A stretch of DNA of 64,000 nt from Thermoprotei archaeon (lineage in GTDB: Archaea; Thermoproteota; Thermoprotei; Thermoproteales; B15-G16): NCBI GenBank assembly GCA_003649205.1, contig QMRC01000007.1, forward strand, positions 1 through 64,000, written 5' to 3'. Numbering within the stretch: position 1 is the stretch's first letter; the number at the start of each line of letters is the position of its first letter. The notes beneath the pieces were generated by a model that ran no database searches, was not told where the DNA came from, and was given only the letters and a program-made list of their open reading frames with translations. Both the position numbers and the translations under genes were made by a program. Positions 38,540 through 47,899 of this stretch are shown in pieces.

Positions 38540-38782
38540 ATGAGGAACGTAAAGAGAAGAAAAAGAGGTTCACTACTAGTTGAAGAAGCAATACTCATAG
38601 GAGTAGCAGCCATAGTACTAGTCATACTACTCACAATGCTCACAAAAATATTGGGAATAGTTAAGGGGACACTAAACACAACAAACCAATCACTTGAACA
38701 ATTCATAGTGAATGTACTAAAGGAATTGGATAAGATAGGAGCAGCACTAGGGCTACCAACACCAACGAATAGCACAGGCTAA
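38540..38782 (+). CDS. Short type IV pilin-like protein with class III signal peptide
   Basis: Basic leader KRRKRG followed by SLLVEE (Glu at +5) and a hydrophobic helix. Confidence 0.7.
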   Translation: MRNVKRRKRGSLLVEEAILIGVAAIVLVILLTMLTKILGIVKGTLNTTNQSLEQFIVNVLKELDKIGAALGLPTPTNSTG

Positions 38783-38859
38783 ATAGCAACATTAAAAACA
38801 CATAGATACAGTACTTCAATAGCCCCGAAGACCGCACACCTACGAGAGTCCACTAGGAC

Positions 38860-40845
38860 TCAATGAGTAGGTGTGTGGCTAGGGGCTACACCCCTCTTCT
38901 TAACGTACTCTGCGTAAAGCCGTTTAAGCCTAATCATCCTACCTTTTGCTTCTCTCAAGCTAGTTAACCTACTGTAGATCACCATATCGACATAGTACCT
39001 AGCAATAGGACATACAAGTAGGCATTTCTGGCAACCTACACATTTGCTGGGTATTACTGTGAAGGGTAGTTCAATAGCTTCGTAATCACAGTTCAAATAG
39101 CAGTGACCACACGCTCCGCAGTTCAAGGTCATGATTAGTACCTTGAGTACATTGAGAGCTGTATCGAGGTCTCTATAGCTAATGACTACGTACCCCCTGG
39201 AGTTCACCGTGCCCTGTACCTCATCTGATGCGAAATACACCTCATCTACCCTACGATTGACCATCATCCTGAGCACTGATCGTAGATTTACCTCAAGTGA
39301 ATAAGAGTTCCACCTCTTCACAGGTATTGACAATTCGAGTACTTCTTCACTTCTCTGGACTGTTTTCAGGAAGGGATTTAGTTCTTCGAGACTCACAGTT
39401 GGGTATATGTACCTGATACCTAGCATCTTCGTCACTCGCTGTAGTTCTTGGTGAAGTAAGAAGAATCTCCAAAGATGTCTACTACGAGCAATTTCTCTCT
39501 CCTTCTCTGTAGAGAACATCACGTTAATTATCTTCTCCATGTACTTCTTCCAGAAGCTCATCAGTTCACTGTAGTGCATCTCACTCATCTTCAGCTCCAG
39601 ACATGTCCTATGTGGACACATGACACAGCTAATTCTCTCAAAGCCCCTGTAGTAATCTGGGTGAAGTGGAGTGCGTGCTCTATACCATAGGTACAGGTAC
39701 TCAAGGAGCTTAGGAAAGTTGTAGGGTATGCAGTGCGATAGTACACCAGCTTCAGAGTCAATGTACGTTGGCGGTCTTACACTTCGTCTAAAGGTCTCGT
39801 ATCTTCTGGAACCAGTGTAGCTAACTACCTTATCCAAACCATACTTCTCCTTAATTAGCTTAAACATCGGAACTAATTTCCACAGTGGTGTGCACCACCT
39901 AAATCCACGAACTGGAATACCTAGAGTCTCGAGGTAACTCAGTAACTTATCGAGTGAGTACTCCACGACCTCAAGTGAGAAACCTAGTCGAGAACATACC
40001 CTGTACACGAAATCACGAGTAACCTCAGTATCGGCATACGGTATGTGTACGTAAATCACCAAAGGATCTGAATCAACTTCCTCAAGTAAGTGAAGTGTTA
40101 GTAAGCTATCCTTACCTCCAGAAAATCCAACTACACCACGTCTACCCTCTTCACACTCCAACCACTTCACAGCACGTCTAACCTTCTCAACAAGAAACTC
40201 AATGTAATCCTCATTAAATTCATACAATTCACGGTAAGTCCTCCTAACTCTATCCAATGAAGAGAGTACCTCCTCAGGATATGCAGGAGACCAAATCTTT
40301 ATCGGAACAAATCCTCTCTCAGTACGAAGAGCAACACCACACAACCTACCATCTCTAGTAACAGCAACGAAGTACCTACAACCCTCAACACTAACCCTAT
40401 AGCTACTAAATGTCCTCATCCTCTCATCACTAATAACGGTATTGCAGATACCACGAATATAGAGTAGAGCAGCACCTAACTTACCAGGAACGACATTGAA
40501 GCTTAGGGTCTTCAAATCATAGTTGATAGTACACAGTATCTCTCCATTAACCATGAACTCGTAGACGTGGTCAAGTACAGGGTCATTACCAACATTAACT
40601 ATGGTTAAGTGCTCCCTACAGATTCCCTCAAAGAGATACGCTACATCACTACCAAAGACATCACAGCAAGCTCTTGACATGACCTCAAGATCACGACTAG
40701 TAATAGGTCTCGGATCAACCCAGAACCTGAATCTCTTCGAAACATCAATGAGATCATCACAGTACCTCCTACCATAACTCATCTTGAAAAAGTAAACATT
40801 CAGACTAGGGCTGTAGTAGAGCTTGAGGGGCCCTCTATCACTCAT
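38860..40845 (-). CDS. PAPS-reductase-family PP-loop protein with C-terminal 4Fe-4S dicluster
   Basis: FSGGKDS, RWC, RISCVMCP, CGACGHCYLNC, CVGCQKCLLVCP. Confidence 0.88.
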   Translation of the reverse strand: MSDRGPLKLYYSPSLNVYFFKMSYGRRYCDDLIDVSKRFRFWVDPRPITSRDLEVMSRACCDVFGSDVAYLFEGICREHLTIVNVGNDPVLDHVYEFMVNGEILCTINYDLKTLSFNVVPGKLGAALLYIRGICNTVISDERMRTFSSYRVSVEGCRYFVAVTRDGRLCGVALRTERGFVPIKIWSPAYPEEVLSSLDRVRRTYRELYEFNEDYIEFLVEKVRRAVKWLECEEGRRGVVGFSGGKDSLLTLHLLEEVDSDPLVIYVHIPYADTEVTRDFVYRVCSRLGFSLEVVEYSLDKLLSYLETLGIPVRGFRWCTPLWKLVPMFKLIKEKYGLDKVVSYTGSRRYETFRRSVRPPTYIDSEAGVLSHCIPYNFPKLLEYLYLWYRARTPLHPDYYRGFERISCVMCPHRTCLELKMSEMHYSELMSFWKKYMEKIINVMFSTEKEREIARSRHLWRFFLLHQELQRVTKMLGIRYIYPTVSLEELNPFLKTVQRSEEVLELSIPVKRWNSYSLEVNLRSVLRMMVNRRVDEVYFASDEVQGTVNSRGYVVISYRDLDTALNVLKVLIMTLNCGACGHCYLNCDYEAIELPFTVIPSKCVGCQKCLLVCPIARYYVDMVIYSRLTSLREAKGRMIRLKRLYAEYVKKRGVAPSHTPTH

Positions 40846-40847
40846 CT

Positions 40848-40903
40848 ACTCAGTCACCGAGCGTTCTTCATTAATCTGTACACTGACACCTCATCATCAC
40901 TAG
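40848..40903 (-). ncRNA. C/D box sRNA candidate
   Basis: GTGATGA-tgaggtgtcagtgta-CAGA-tta-ATGAAGA-acgctcggtga-CTGA, ending 4 nt before ATG 40845. Confidence 0.82.
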
Positions 40904-41055
40904 CATAGAAACAGCATTAAGTACCATATAGACTTTACTCAAGGGAATGTTGGCTATTGACCCTCAGCACTGGAAGAGCAGTCCGGAAACAATTAAGATC
41001 TAGTGAAATGCAGTAAAAAGGTTGAGAATTAAGGATGTGGGGAGGTTAAAGACAT

Positions 41056-42873
41056 CTATGGAGTTGCTACTTTGCTGATTCTCTCGTATATCTGCTTTGC
41101 TAACCTAGCTACTTCCTCAGCTCTATACTTTGCACCAGGTATTGCTCTAGTTAGGTAAGCTCCGCTCTCCGCTCTCTTAGCTGCCTCCTTTGGATCCATA
41201 CCTAGACATGCAGCTACTGCTGCTGGTACTGTTACGTTTATCACTGTATGCCCAATGTATGCTAGTTCCTGAGCTAGTACTGAACCAATTGTAAGTGCCC
41301 ACATGTAATCTGGGTCTTCTCTACCAACACCCTTTAGTACGTATTCAGGTATTGCCTTAGCGAATAGGTTCTCGATCTTGTACTTCTTCTCTCCAATGGT
41401 TATCTCGTAGGATACGTATGAGTCAAAGCCCCAGTACTTCTTCGTGAATGGATCGTGTCTTCTTGCTTGTGGTCTCAGCTCGATGAACTTTATCTCAACC
41501 TTCTTTCCGAGCATCTTGGAGAAGAGCTCTGAACCTCTCTTCTCAACAAGTTCCTTTCTCTCTTCATCGAGTGCTTTAGCAGCTTCTTCGAGACTCTTAC
41601 CTGCCTTCAACATCTCGTACACCTTGATGGCTCTCCTGTAGATTGCTGCATCTCTTACAGGTTCACCAGCAATTATCATTGCTCTGGTAACCGGTCCTCT
41701 CCTAACTTCCTCAGCCTTTCTAGCTATGGTATTTGCTGCACAAAGCGCCATCTCTGGGTCGAAGAATGACTCTTCCTTATACTTCCTAATCTCTTCAGCA
41801 ACCTTATGGACATCACCTTTGTACTTCATCAGTAATCTAATAGCTGGTACAGCATCACCGCAGAGGTGTCCTAGCGGTGGGTTCACTGGACCTCCTGAGA
41901 ATCCACCACCAATCATGGCTGCTTCCTTGAGACCTGCGAAGATCTCGTTAAGGGCCATTGCGCCGATTACGGTGAATGCTGGTAGGTCCTTGAATATTAG
42001 ACCAAAGTCACCTATCACTCTAGCTGTATCTAGCTCCTCATCTGTACCCCTAATGTGTAGCTTTGGCGGTAGCTTAGCTGCTTCCATAGCTCCCTTACCA
42101 GCCATGTACGCTGAGTCAACAGTGCCGAAGGGTCCATATTCCTCACCTAGGAATGCGTCTGGGTGAACTATCTCGAGAGCTACTGTGGCACCTATGAGTG
42201 CTGCCCAGAGTGGACTTGGCGTTATGCCAGCACCCTCAAATGCCCTCAACATAGCCTCCGTACCTATCTTAGCCGCATTGTAGGCTATCTCTGGGAATGC
42301 TATGTCCTCACCAAGTACGCTATGTCCATATGGTGAACCACCTGATACGAATGGTGGCAGTTTAGCGCCATCTACCTTAGTTAGCTTCTTCTCTAGTAGT
42401 GCCTCATACACTGCCTTATATGCTGGGTATGCTGTTAATCTATTTGAGAACTTATTGGTTACGAGTGTTATTCCTCCACCTCTAGGTAGACCTACTTTAA
42501 TTCTCGCCATTGCACCTAGCTTTCTATTAGCCATTGGTACACCCGCTCTAGCTCCTGAACCAGCGAAGTAGCACAGTGCTGCTGCTATGAGTGCTGCGTT
42601 CTCCGGTGCTGCACCAGCCTCCATAGCTGCCTTGATTGCTTTCTCCAGGACATCATCTAGTGGTATTGTAGGTGCTTCAGCATCACTAATCTTAATGTCG
42701 ATACCTCTTAGAATTTCTTCAGCTACTGCATTAGCTGCACAGAGAACGGCTATTGCTAGTGAACCCCAACCCTTAGCACCTGCCTCTAGTCTATCATTAG
42801 TCATTAGGTCAGGCTTGAAGGTTGTAGCCATTAGCGTCGCTGCTACTACTCTTTCTCTTTCTGGTAGACTCAA
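41056..42873 (-). CDS. Uncharacterised Ala/Gly-rich soluble protein (about 605 aa)
   Basis: Long ORF with strongly biased codon usage like ppsA; TTG start at 42873 with GGGGGTG site; no family recognised. Confidence 0.85.
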   Translation of the reverse strand: MSLPERERVVAATLMATTFKPDLMTNDRLEAGAKGWGSLAIAVLCAANAVAEEILRGIDIKISDAEAPTIPLDDVLEKAIKAAMEAGAAPENAALIAAALCYFAGSGARAGVPMANRKLGAMARIKVGLPRGGGITLVTNKFSNRLTAYPAYKAVYEALLEKKLTKVDGAKLPPFVSGGSPYGHSVLGEDIAFPEIAYNAAKIGTEAMLRAFEGAGITPSPLWAALIGATVALEIVHPDAFLGEEYGPFGTVDSAYMAGKGAMEAAKLPPKLHIRGTDEELDTARVIGDFGLIFKDLPAFTVIGAMALNEIFAGLKEAAMIGGGFSGGPVNPPLGHLCGDAVPAIRLLMKYKGDVHKVAEEIRKYKEESFFDPEMALCAANTIARKAEEVRRGPVTRAMIIAGEPVRDAAIYRRAIKVYEMLKAGKSLEEAAKALDEERKELVEKRGSELFSKMLGKKVEIKFIELRPQARRHDPFTKKYWGFDSYVSYEITIGEKKYKIENLFAKAIPEYVLKGVGREDPDYMWALTIGSVLAQELAYIGHTVINVTVPAAVAACLGMDPKEAAKRAESGAYLTRAIPGAKYRAEEVARLAKQIYERISKVATP

Positions 42874-42892
42874 AATTAGACACCCCCTAATC

Positions 42893-42914
42893 ATTCTGTG
42901 CAATGTCACGGAAT
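42893..42914. promoter_or_regulatory. Imperfect palindrome next to TATA box of gene 41056-42873
   Basis: ATTCTGTG-caatgt-CACGGAAT (7 of 8 match) adjacent to TTTATA on the minus strand. Confidence 0.45.
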
Positions 42915-42983
42915 ATAAAGGTTAACCAATACTAGTAATACTCTTTCATTGAATTAGTAATGCTTTCCCAATTCAATTCAGGT

Positions 42984-44249
42984 TCAACCTATTCCCGTAT
43001 CTAATTCCTGAAGCTTAGCCCTTACCTGTCGTATAACCTCCTCATAAACGTCCTTTATCGCTAATCCAGTTTCCTCGGCAATCCTTCTCAAGTCCTCGTA
43101 CTCTGGCTTAGCTCTAAGTAATTGGCCTGATGGGGCTCTCGATATCTTAACTGTTACAGTGAATTTTCTTCCTTTAATAACAACATCAATAGGGACCTTA
43201 ACTCTAGACGCAACAACTCTCGACAATTCACTAACGCGAACACCTAACGTACCTACCTCCCTCATCAGTAACTCAACTAAATCCCTGTAGTTACCTACAT
43301 CAGCAAGAACCTTAATCACGTGTACTGGTCTATTCTTCTTACCTAAGCCAGGTAGCACAACGACGTCAATAGCACCTTGAGACAGCAACTTATTGACAAG
43401 GTACCCAATGAATTCACCGGGTACATCATCTACATTCGTCTCCAGAACAACCACCCTATCTTCACAGATATCGGCAATTGAGCCTTCAACCACTCTAAGT
43501 ACATTTGGTCTACCTTCAACATCTCTTGCACCAGCTCCATAACCAACTCTCTCAACTCTCATACCTGGGTAGAAATCAACAATGTGCTTTGTCAAGTGTA
43601 CTAATAGAGCTGCACCGGTAGGTGTAGTTAATTCATACGGTACATCCGCCATTGAGTACCTGTAGTTATGCCTTCTCAAGATCTCAAGAGTGGCGGGTGC
43701 TGGTACAGGTAGGAGACCATGTTCGCACTTCACGAAACCACTACCAAGCGCAGGTGGTGTAGTGTAGACTCTATATCCCTCGCAAAATACACCCATCTCA
43801 TCGAGTAGCTTAGCACTACAAACAATATCGAACACCGTATCTAGCGATGCTAGTTCATGTAGGTGAACTTCATCAACACTAATCCCATGTACCATAGCTT
43901 CAGCTTCAACGAGCTCCTTCACAACAGCAATAGCGTATTCCCTAGCTCTCGTGGATAGGTTAGTGGCACTACAGCACTTATTAACTAACTCAATAACCTC
44001 CCTACCACTCCTCTCCTCTTCACTACTGGGACATAGAACCTCAACTCTCTTTGCTCTTAACCCAGACTTACGAACATCATATATCTTAACGCCAAAATCA
44101 CTACATCCAGAAACATCTCTAACGGCATCTACCACGAGATTAACAATATCTGTAAGCCCCGTGAGATCAAGTAGTGCACCAACAAGCATATCACCTGAAA
44201 CACCTGCAACACGAGGATCAAGCAACAATACCTTAACCACATCATGCAC
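42984..44249 (-). CDS. larC: Nickel pincer cofactor biosynthesis protein LarC
   Basis: AGVSGDM, VHLHE, HGLLPVPAPAT, ELTTPTGAA, ETNVDD, KKNRP, KPEYED. Confidence 0.95.
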   Translation of the reverse strand: MHDVVKVLLLDPRVAGVSGDMLVGALLDLTGLTDIVNLVVDAVRDVSGCSDFGVKIYDVRKSGLRAKRVEVLCPSSEEERSGREVIELVNKCCSATNLSTRAREYAIAVVKELVEAEAMVHGISVDEVHLHELASLDTVFDIVCSAKLLDEMGVFCEGYRVYTTPPALGSGFVKCEHGLLPVPAPATLEILRRHNYRYSMADVPYELTTPTGAALLVHLTKHIVDFYPGMRVERVGYGAGARDVEGRPNVLRVVEGSIADICEDRVVVLETNVDDVPGEFIGYLVNKLLSQGAIDVVVLPGLGKKNRPVHVIKVLADVGNYRDLVELLMREVGTLGVRVSELSRVVASRVKVPIDVVIKGRKFTVTVKISRAPSGQLLRAKPEYEDLRRIAEETGLAIKDVYEEVIRQVRAKLQELDTGIG

Positions 44250-44344
44250 CTCACGTGAATTCTGAGCAATTGTACAGTAAACAACACACTTAACAGTAAC
44301 TCTACATAGGTGGTACTAATCAAGAGAGTTGACGTCATGTAACT

Positions 44345-44403
44345 TAGTGATGAGTCGCCGGGCCACATAACTGAACTATGATGTCTTCGGGACTGGCTGA
44401 TCA
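44345..44403 (+). ncRNA. C/D box sRNA candidate
   Basis: GTGATGA-gtcgccgggccacataa-CTGA-act-ATGATGT-cttcgggactgg-CTGA. Confidence 0.82.
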
Positions 44404-44433
44404 CTTTCACTTACCTCTCCCTGTATCTACTCT

Positions 44434-45873
44434 GTGATTTCAGACTTTAATCCAATGAACTTGGTAAGAAGCTTAGGGTATGTAATGAGCACTGACCTCT
44501 TCTTCGATCTCTTCGTCAAGGAGGTTGAGGAGAAGCTCACTAATGGGAATTCAGGTACTGAATTCACTATGAAGCCGAAGATACCTACCATTCTCTTCAA
44601 CGAGATCAAGAAGCTATGGGTAAGCGAACTCCCCAAGAGAACAACTAACTGCTCCATAGTAGCTGTTGATGGTGGTATAAGGTCACTAGGTCTAGAAGGT
44701 GGTAGAGAGGTAGTTATAACGAGGGCTATAGCAGTAACTAGTTCAGGTGCTAGAGCAAGACAATTAAGAGTTGAGTTAAGTAAGCTACAGGGTTTTGCTC
44801 TAAAGCTCTCACTACTTACGCAGGTAGAGTGCTCTGTTGCTCTTGAAGCTCTAGAGAAGGTACCTAATGTGGATTACTTACTTCTCGATGGTTCACTATA
44901 CTATAGAGTAGTCCATGCACTTCACAGAATTCTTAGACCTAGGGAGATAGCAGATACTTACTACCTACCTGAGCTAATCATGACCGTGACCTACGTAGCT
45001 ACCTTACTCAAGCGATGTCGCGAGCTCAACGTAGTGCCGCTATTCATAACGAAGGACTCATCATCACGAATGTTGAAGGACTACGTAATCAGCAACATAA
45101 TCTACGAGCAGCTGTACGAGAACAAGCTCCTTACAGACCTAGAGGACATCACCACGGAACTACTTTTAAAAGCACGAAACCTGTACTCAGTTACCTGGGT
45201 AAAACACTACAGAGCAAATCTCGAAAAACTTCAACAACACCTAAGAGCGGCACCTACGAATGTAGCGGAAGAACTTATACACTGTATTGAGCTATGGCTT
45301 CAACCGCACATCACAGACGTAGACTTAATTCGCTCAACAGTAACCACTATAGGTTTCTCAAGACCGCTCAACATAGGTCTCATAGATATCCACTTAGATA
45401 ACTTACTACAGGTACTTGAGAGGAGTAAGAAGAGAGTACTTGACAGGATCAGTGATGCACTCAAGATGAGAATCAATGAGGTACTAGGTAATGAGAGTTA
45501 CTGGTACACCCTACTGATGAATGCTCTCAAGACAATACCAACTCTCTACATGACGTACATACGTGTGACACCAGACGATACACCACTAGCAATTGAGATA
45601 CCTAACTTCAGATCCAGTATGGGATTCGTAGAGTTCCGAAGTAGGAGATTAAGTAGTGAACTCGAGATACTAGATCCACTTAGTATAGTTGTCAGTGGTT
45701 ACAGGAATTCAACAGTCTACAATGTATGGCTCTACTTAGCACATCAGTACGCAACCTTCAGATCAACTCAGTTCAGAAGCTACGTAAAGTACCTCGAAGC
45801 ACATCTCTCAAAGTATGGTCTTATCCTTCGAAAGAAGAGAAGAGAGAAGATGGTGGTGGCTCCTCTTGAGTGA
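44434..45873 (+). CDS. nurA: DNA double-strand break repair nuclease NurA
   Basis: VAVDGG, LLLDGSL, ITKDSSS, LYLAH; directly upstream of herA-mre11-rad50; start uncertain. Confidence 0.85.
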   Translation: MISDFNPMNLVRSLGYVMSTDLFFDLFVKEVEEKLTNGNSGTEFTMKPKIPTILFNEIKKLWVSELPKRTTNCSIVAVDGGIRSLGLEGGREVVITRAIAVTSSGARARQLRVELSKLQGFALKLSLLTQVECSVALEALEKVPNVDYLLLDGSLYYRVVHALHRILRPREIADTYYLPELIMTVTYVATLLKRCRELNVVPLFITKDSSSRMLKDYVISNIIYEQLYENKLLTDLEDITTELLLKARNLYSVTWVKHYRANLEKLQQHLRAAPTNVAEELIHCIELWLQPHITDVDLIRSTVTTIGFSRPLNIGLIDIHLDNLLQVLERSKKRVLDRISDALKMRINEVLGNESYWYTLLMNALKTIPTLYMTYIRVTPDDTPLAIEIPNFRSSMGFVEFRSRRLSSELEILDPLSIVVSGYRNSTVYNVWLYLAHQYATFRSTQFRSYVKYLEAHLSKYGLILRKKRREKMVVAPLE

Positions 45874-47899
45874 GGAGGTTGGTTATGTAGTTGGTGAGGT
45901 CACTCCCCTAGAATTTACCTTCGCTGTAAACCCCAAGACACCAGTACCTCTCTACGAGTATGTGTACTGTGAGCTAGAGGATGTACCACCTGGTGAGACC
46001 AAGCTCCATAGAGTAAAGGTCATAGCACAGGTACATGAGGTGTATCGTGTTGGTGTTGGTCTTGGCAAGAATGTACCCTATGATGTGGCTAAGAACTTAG
46101 CAGCTAGCGGTGTTGAGGTTGAGGAGATTCACCTAGCTAAGGCTAGGGTACTTGGGTATGTGTGGAGAGGTAGATTGGTAACTCCGAGGAGACCACCGAG
46201 AGCGAATACTAAGGTCTTTAGAGCACCAACTGAGCTAGTTAAGGAGCTTTACAGCGTTCCAGAGGATAGAGCACTTCACATAGGGTACCTTGTTGCTAGA
46301 CCTGAAGTACCTGTCTACCTAGATGTTGAGGGCTTGAAGAGGCACTTAGCGATAATAGCAGCTACAGGTAGTGGGAAGACTTGGTGCGCAGTGTTATTGA
46401 TTGAAGAGCTGTTGAAGAAGGGTGCCACGATAGTTGTCATAGATCCTCATGGTGAGTACGTTAAGTTGAAGGAGAAGGTTCACGTCCTAGATCCCAGACT
46501 TAGGGATAGAGTTCTTGTACTTAAAGCTTCACGAACGCAGGAAGGTGATAAGCTCTATAGAATAAAGCTCCTTCAACTAGATTCAGAAACTCTCTCAAGT
46601 ATAGCGGGTATACCACAGAATGCTCACAAGATAAGACACTGTGTGAGAGCAGCATTCAACATAGTTAAGGCAATTGCTAAGTACGTGAATAGGCCTGAGC
46701 TAGTTAACATAGGTAACTTGTTGAAGGTGCTTAGTTTCTGGAGGAGAGAACGAAATGTATCAAAGTCGAGGAAGTCAGGTAACCTATCTCCTGAACCTAT
46801 AGTTAGGAAGATGCTTCAGGAATTATTTAATCTAGGTAATTCAGATAGTGAGTTAGTTAGGAAGCTCAGTAAGTACATTGAGGATCTGTACGCAGCAACG
46901 TACCGTGATGTATCACCTTGTCTTGATGCTATCAGGTACCTAAGGTCACTTAAGAGGTATGGGGTCTACACCTCAACAACTACACCACTACACGAAATTC
47001 TTCAACCAGCTCACGTAACGATACTGAACCTCAGTGGTGTTAAGGAGGAAATACAGGACCACATCGTCTACAATGTCCTAACCAGGATATTCAATGCTAG
47101 AGTCAGGTACGTCAGAGACCTACCTGGTGAAAGGTATGAGTACCCTGTTGTCGTCTTCATTGAGGAAGCACATAGATTCGCACCACCTAAACACCGTAGT
47201 AGAAGAACTTGGAGTCAAGAGATAATCACGAGGATTGCTTCTGAAGGTAGGAAGTTCGGTGTCTACTTAGTGGTCATAACTCAGAGACCATCGAAGATAG
47301 ACTCAGATGTGCTGTCTCAATGTCAGAATCAGATCGTCCTCAAGATAGTTAATCCGAAAGATCAAGAAGCTATTAAGGATGCTAGTGAAGTGCTCTCACA
47401 GGACTTACTCATGAACTTACCTAGCCTCAACACCGGTGAAGCTATTGTTGTTGGTCCATTAACTAAAGCACCCGTAATAGTCAGGTTGAGGGATCGTATA
47501 TTACCCTACGGTGGTTCAGATATCGTGGTTAGTGAGGTATGGAGTAGAGCATTGACCTCAGTACTTCCAGATACCTCAAGTGAAGTACATGTACTTAGGA
47601 AGCTAGGTATCAACGTTGATCAAGGTACATTGAGGAAGGTAATGCCCTACCTACCGTATGTCACGTACGAGATTGATCCACTAACATTGACTATCCTCGG
47701 TAAGGTAAGTCTTGGACGTGAAGCGTATGTCGAGTATAGACTCGGTGAAGGTACATGGTACTGTTCAGCATGTAGACATAGCATTCAACCATGTGTACAC
47801 GTACTAGCACTCCTGCTAAAAGTTATAGCTTCTAAGGATATAAAATTACTTGAGAGAGAAGTGGTGCAGAACAATGGTAACGATAGCACACCTAGCTGA
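45866..47899 (+). CDS. herA: HerA helicase/translocase with C-terminal SWIM-like zinc finger
   Basis: HAS barrel VGYVVGE, RHLAIIAATGSGKT, IDPHGEY, FIEEAH, EGRKFG, TQRP; tail WYCSAC-x6-CVH. Confidence 0.93.
   Translation: MSEEVGYVVGEVTPLEFTFAVNPKTPVPLYEYVYCELEDVPPGETKLHRVKVIAQVHEVYRVGVGLGKNVPYDVAKNLAASGVEVEEIHLAKARVLGYVWRGRLVTPRRPPRANTKVFRAPTELVKELYSVPEDRALHIGYLVARPEVPVYLDVEGLKRHLAIIAATGSGKTWCAVLLIEELLKKGATIVVIDPHGEYVKLKEKVHVLDPRLRDRVLVLKASRTQEGDKLYRIKLLQLDSETLSSIAGIPQNAHKIRHCVRAAFNIVKAIAKYVNRPELVNIGNLLKVLSFWRRERNVSKSRKSGNLSPEPIVRKMLQELFNLGNSDSELVRKLSKYIEDLYAATYRDVSPCLDAIRYLRSLKRYGVYTSTTTPLHEILQPAHVTILNLSGVKEEIQDHIVYNVLTRIFNARVRYVRDLPGERYEYPVVVFIEEAHRFAPPKHRSRRTWSQEIITRIASEGRKFGVYLVVITQRPSKIDSDVLSQCQNQIVLKIVNPKDQEAIKDASEVLSQDLLMNLPSLNTGEAIVVGPLTKAPVIVRLRDRILPYGGSDIVVSEVWSRALTSVLPDTSSEVHVLRKLGINVDQGTLRKVMPYLPYVTYEIDPLTLTILGKVSLGREAYVEYRLGEGTWYCSACRHSIQPCVHVLALLLKVIASKDIKLLEREVVQNNGNDSTPS

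Noticed and set aside
40935-40995. GC-containing intergenic segment ending in ACA, possible H/ACA RNA
   Set aside because: I could not build a convincing hairpin with K-turn and pseudouridylation pocket
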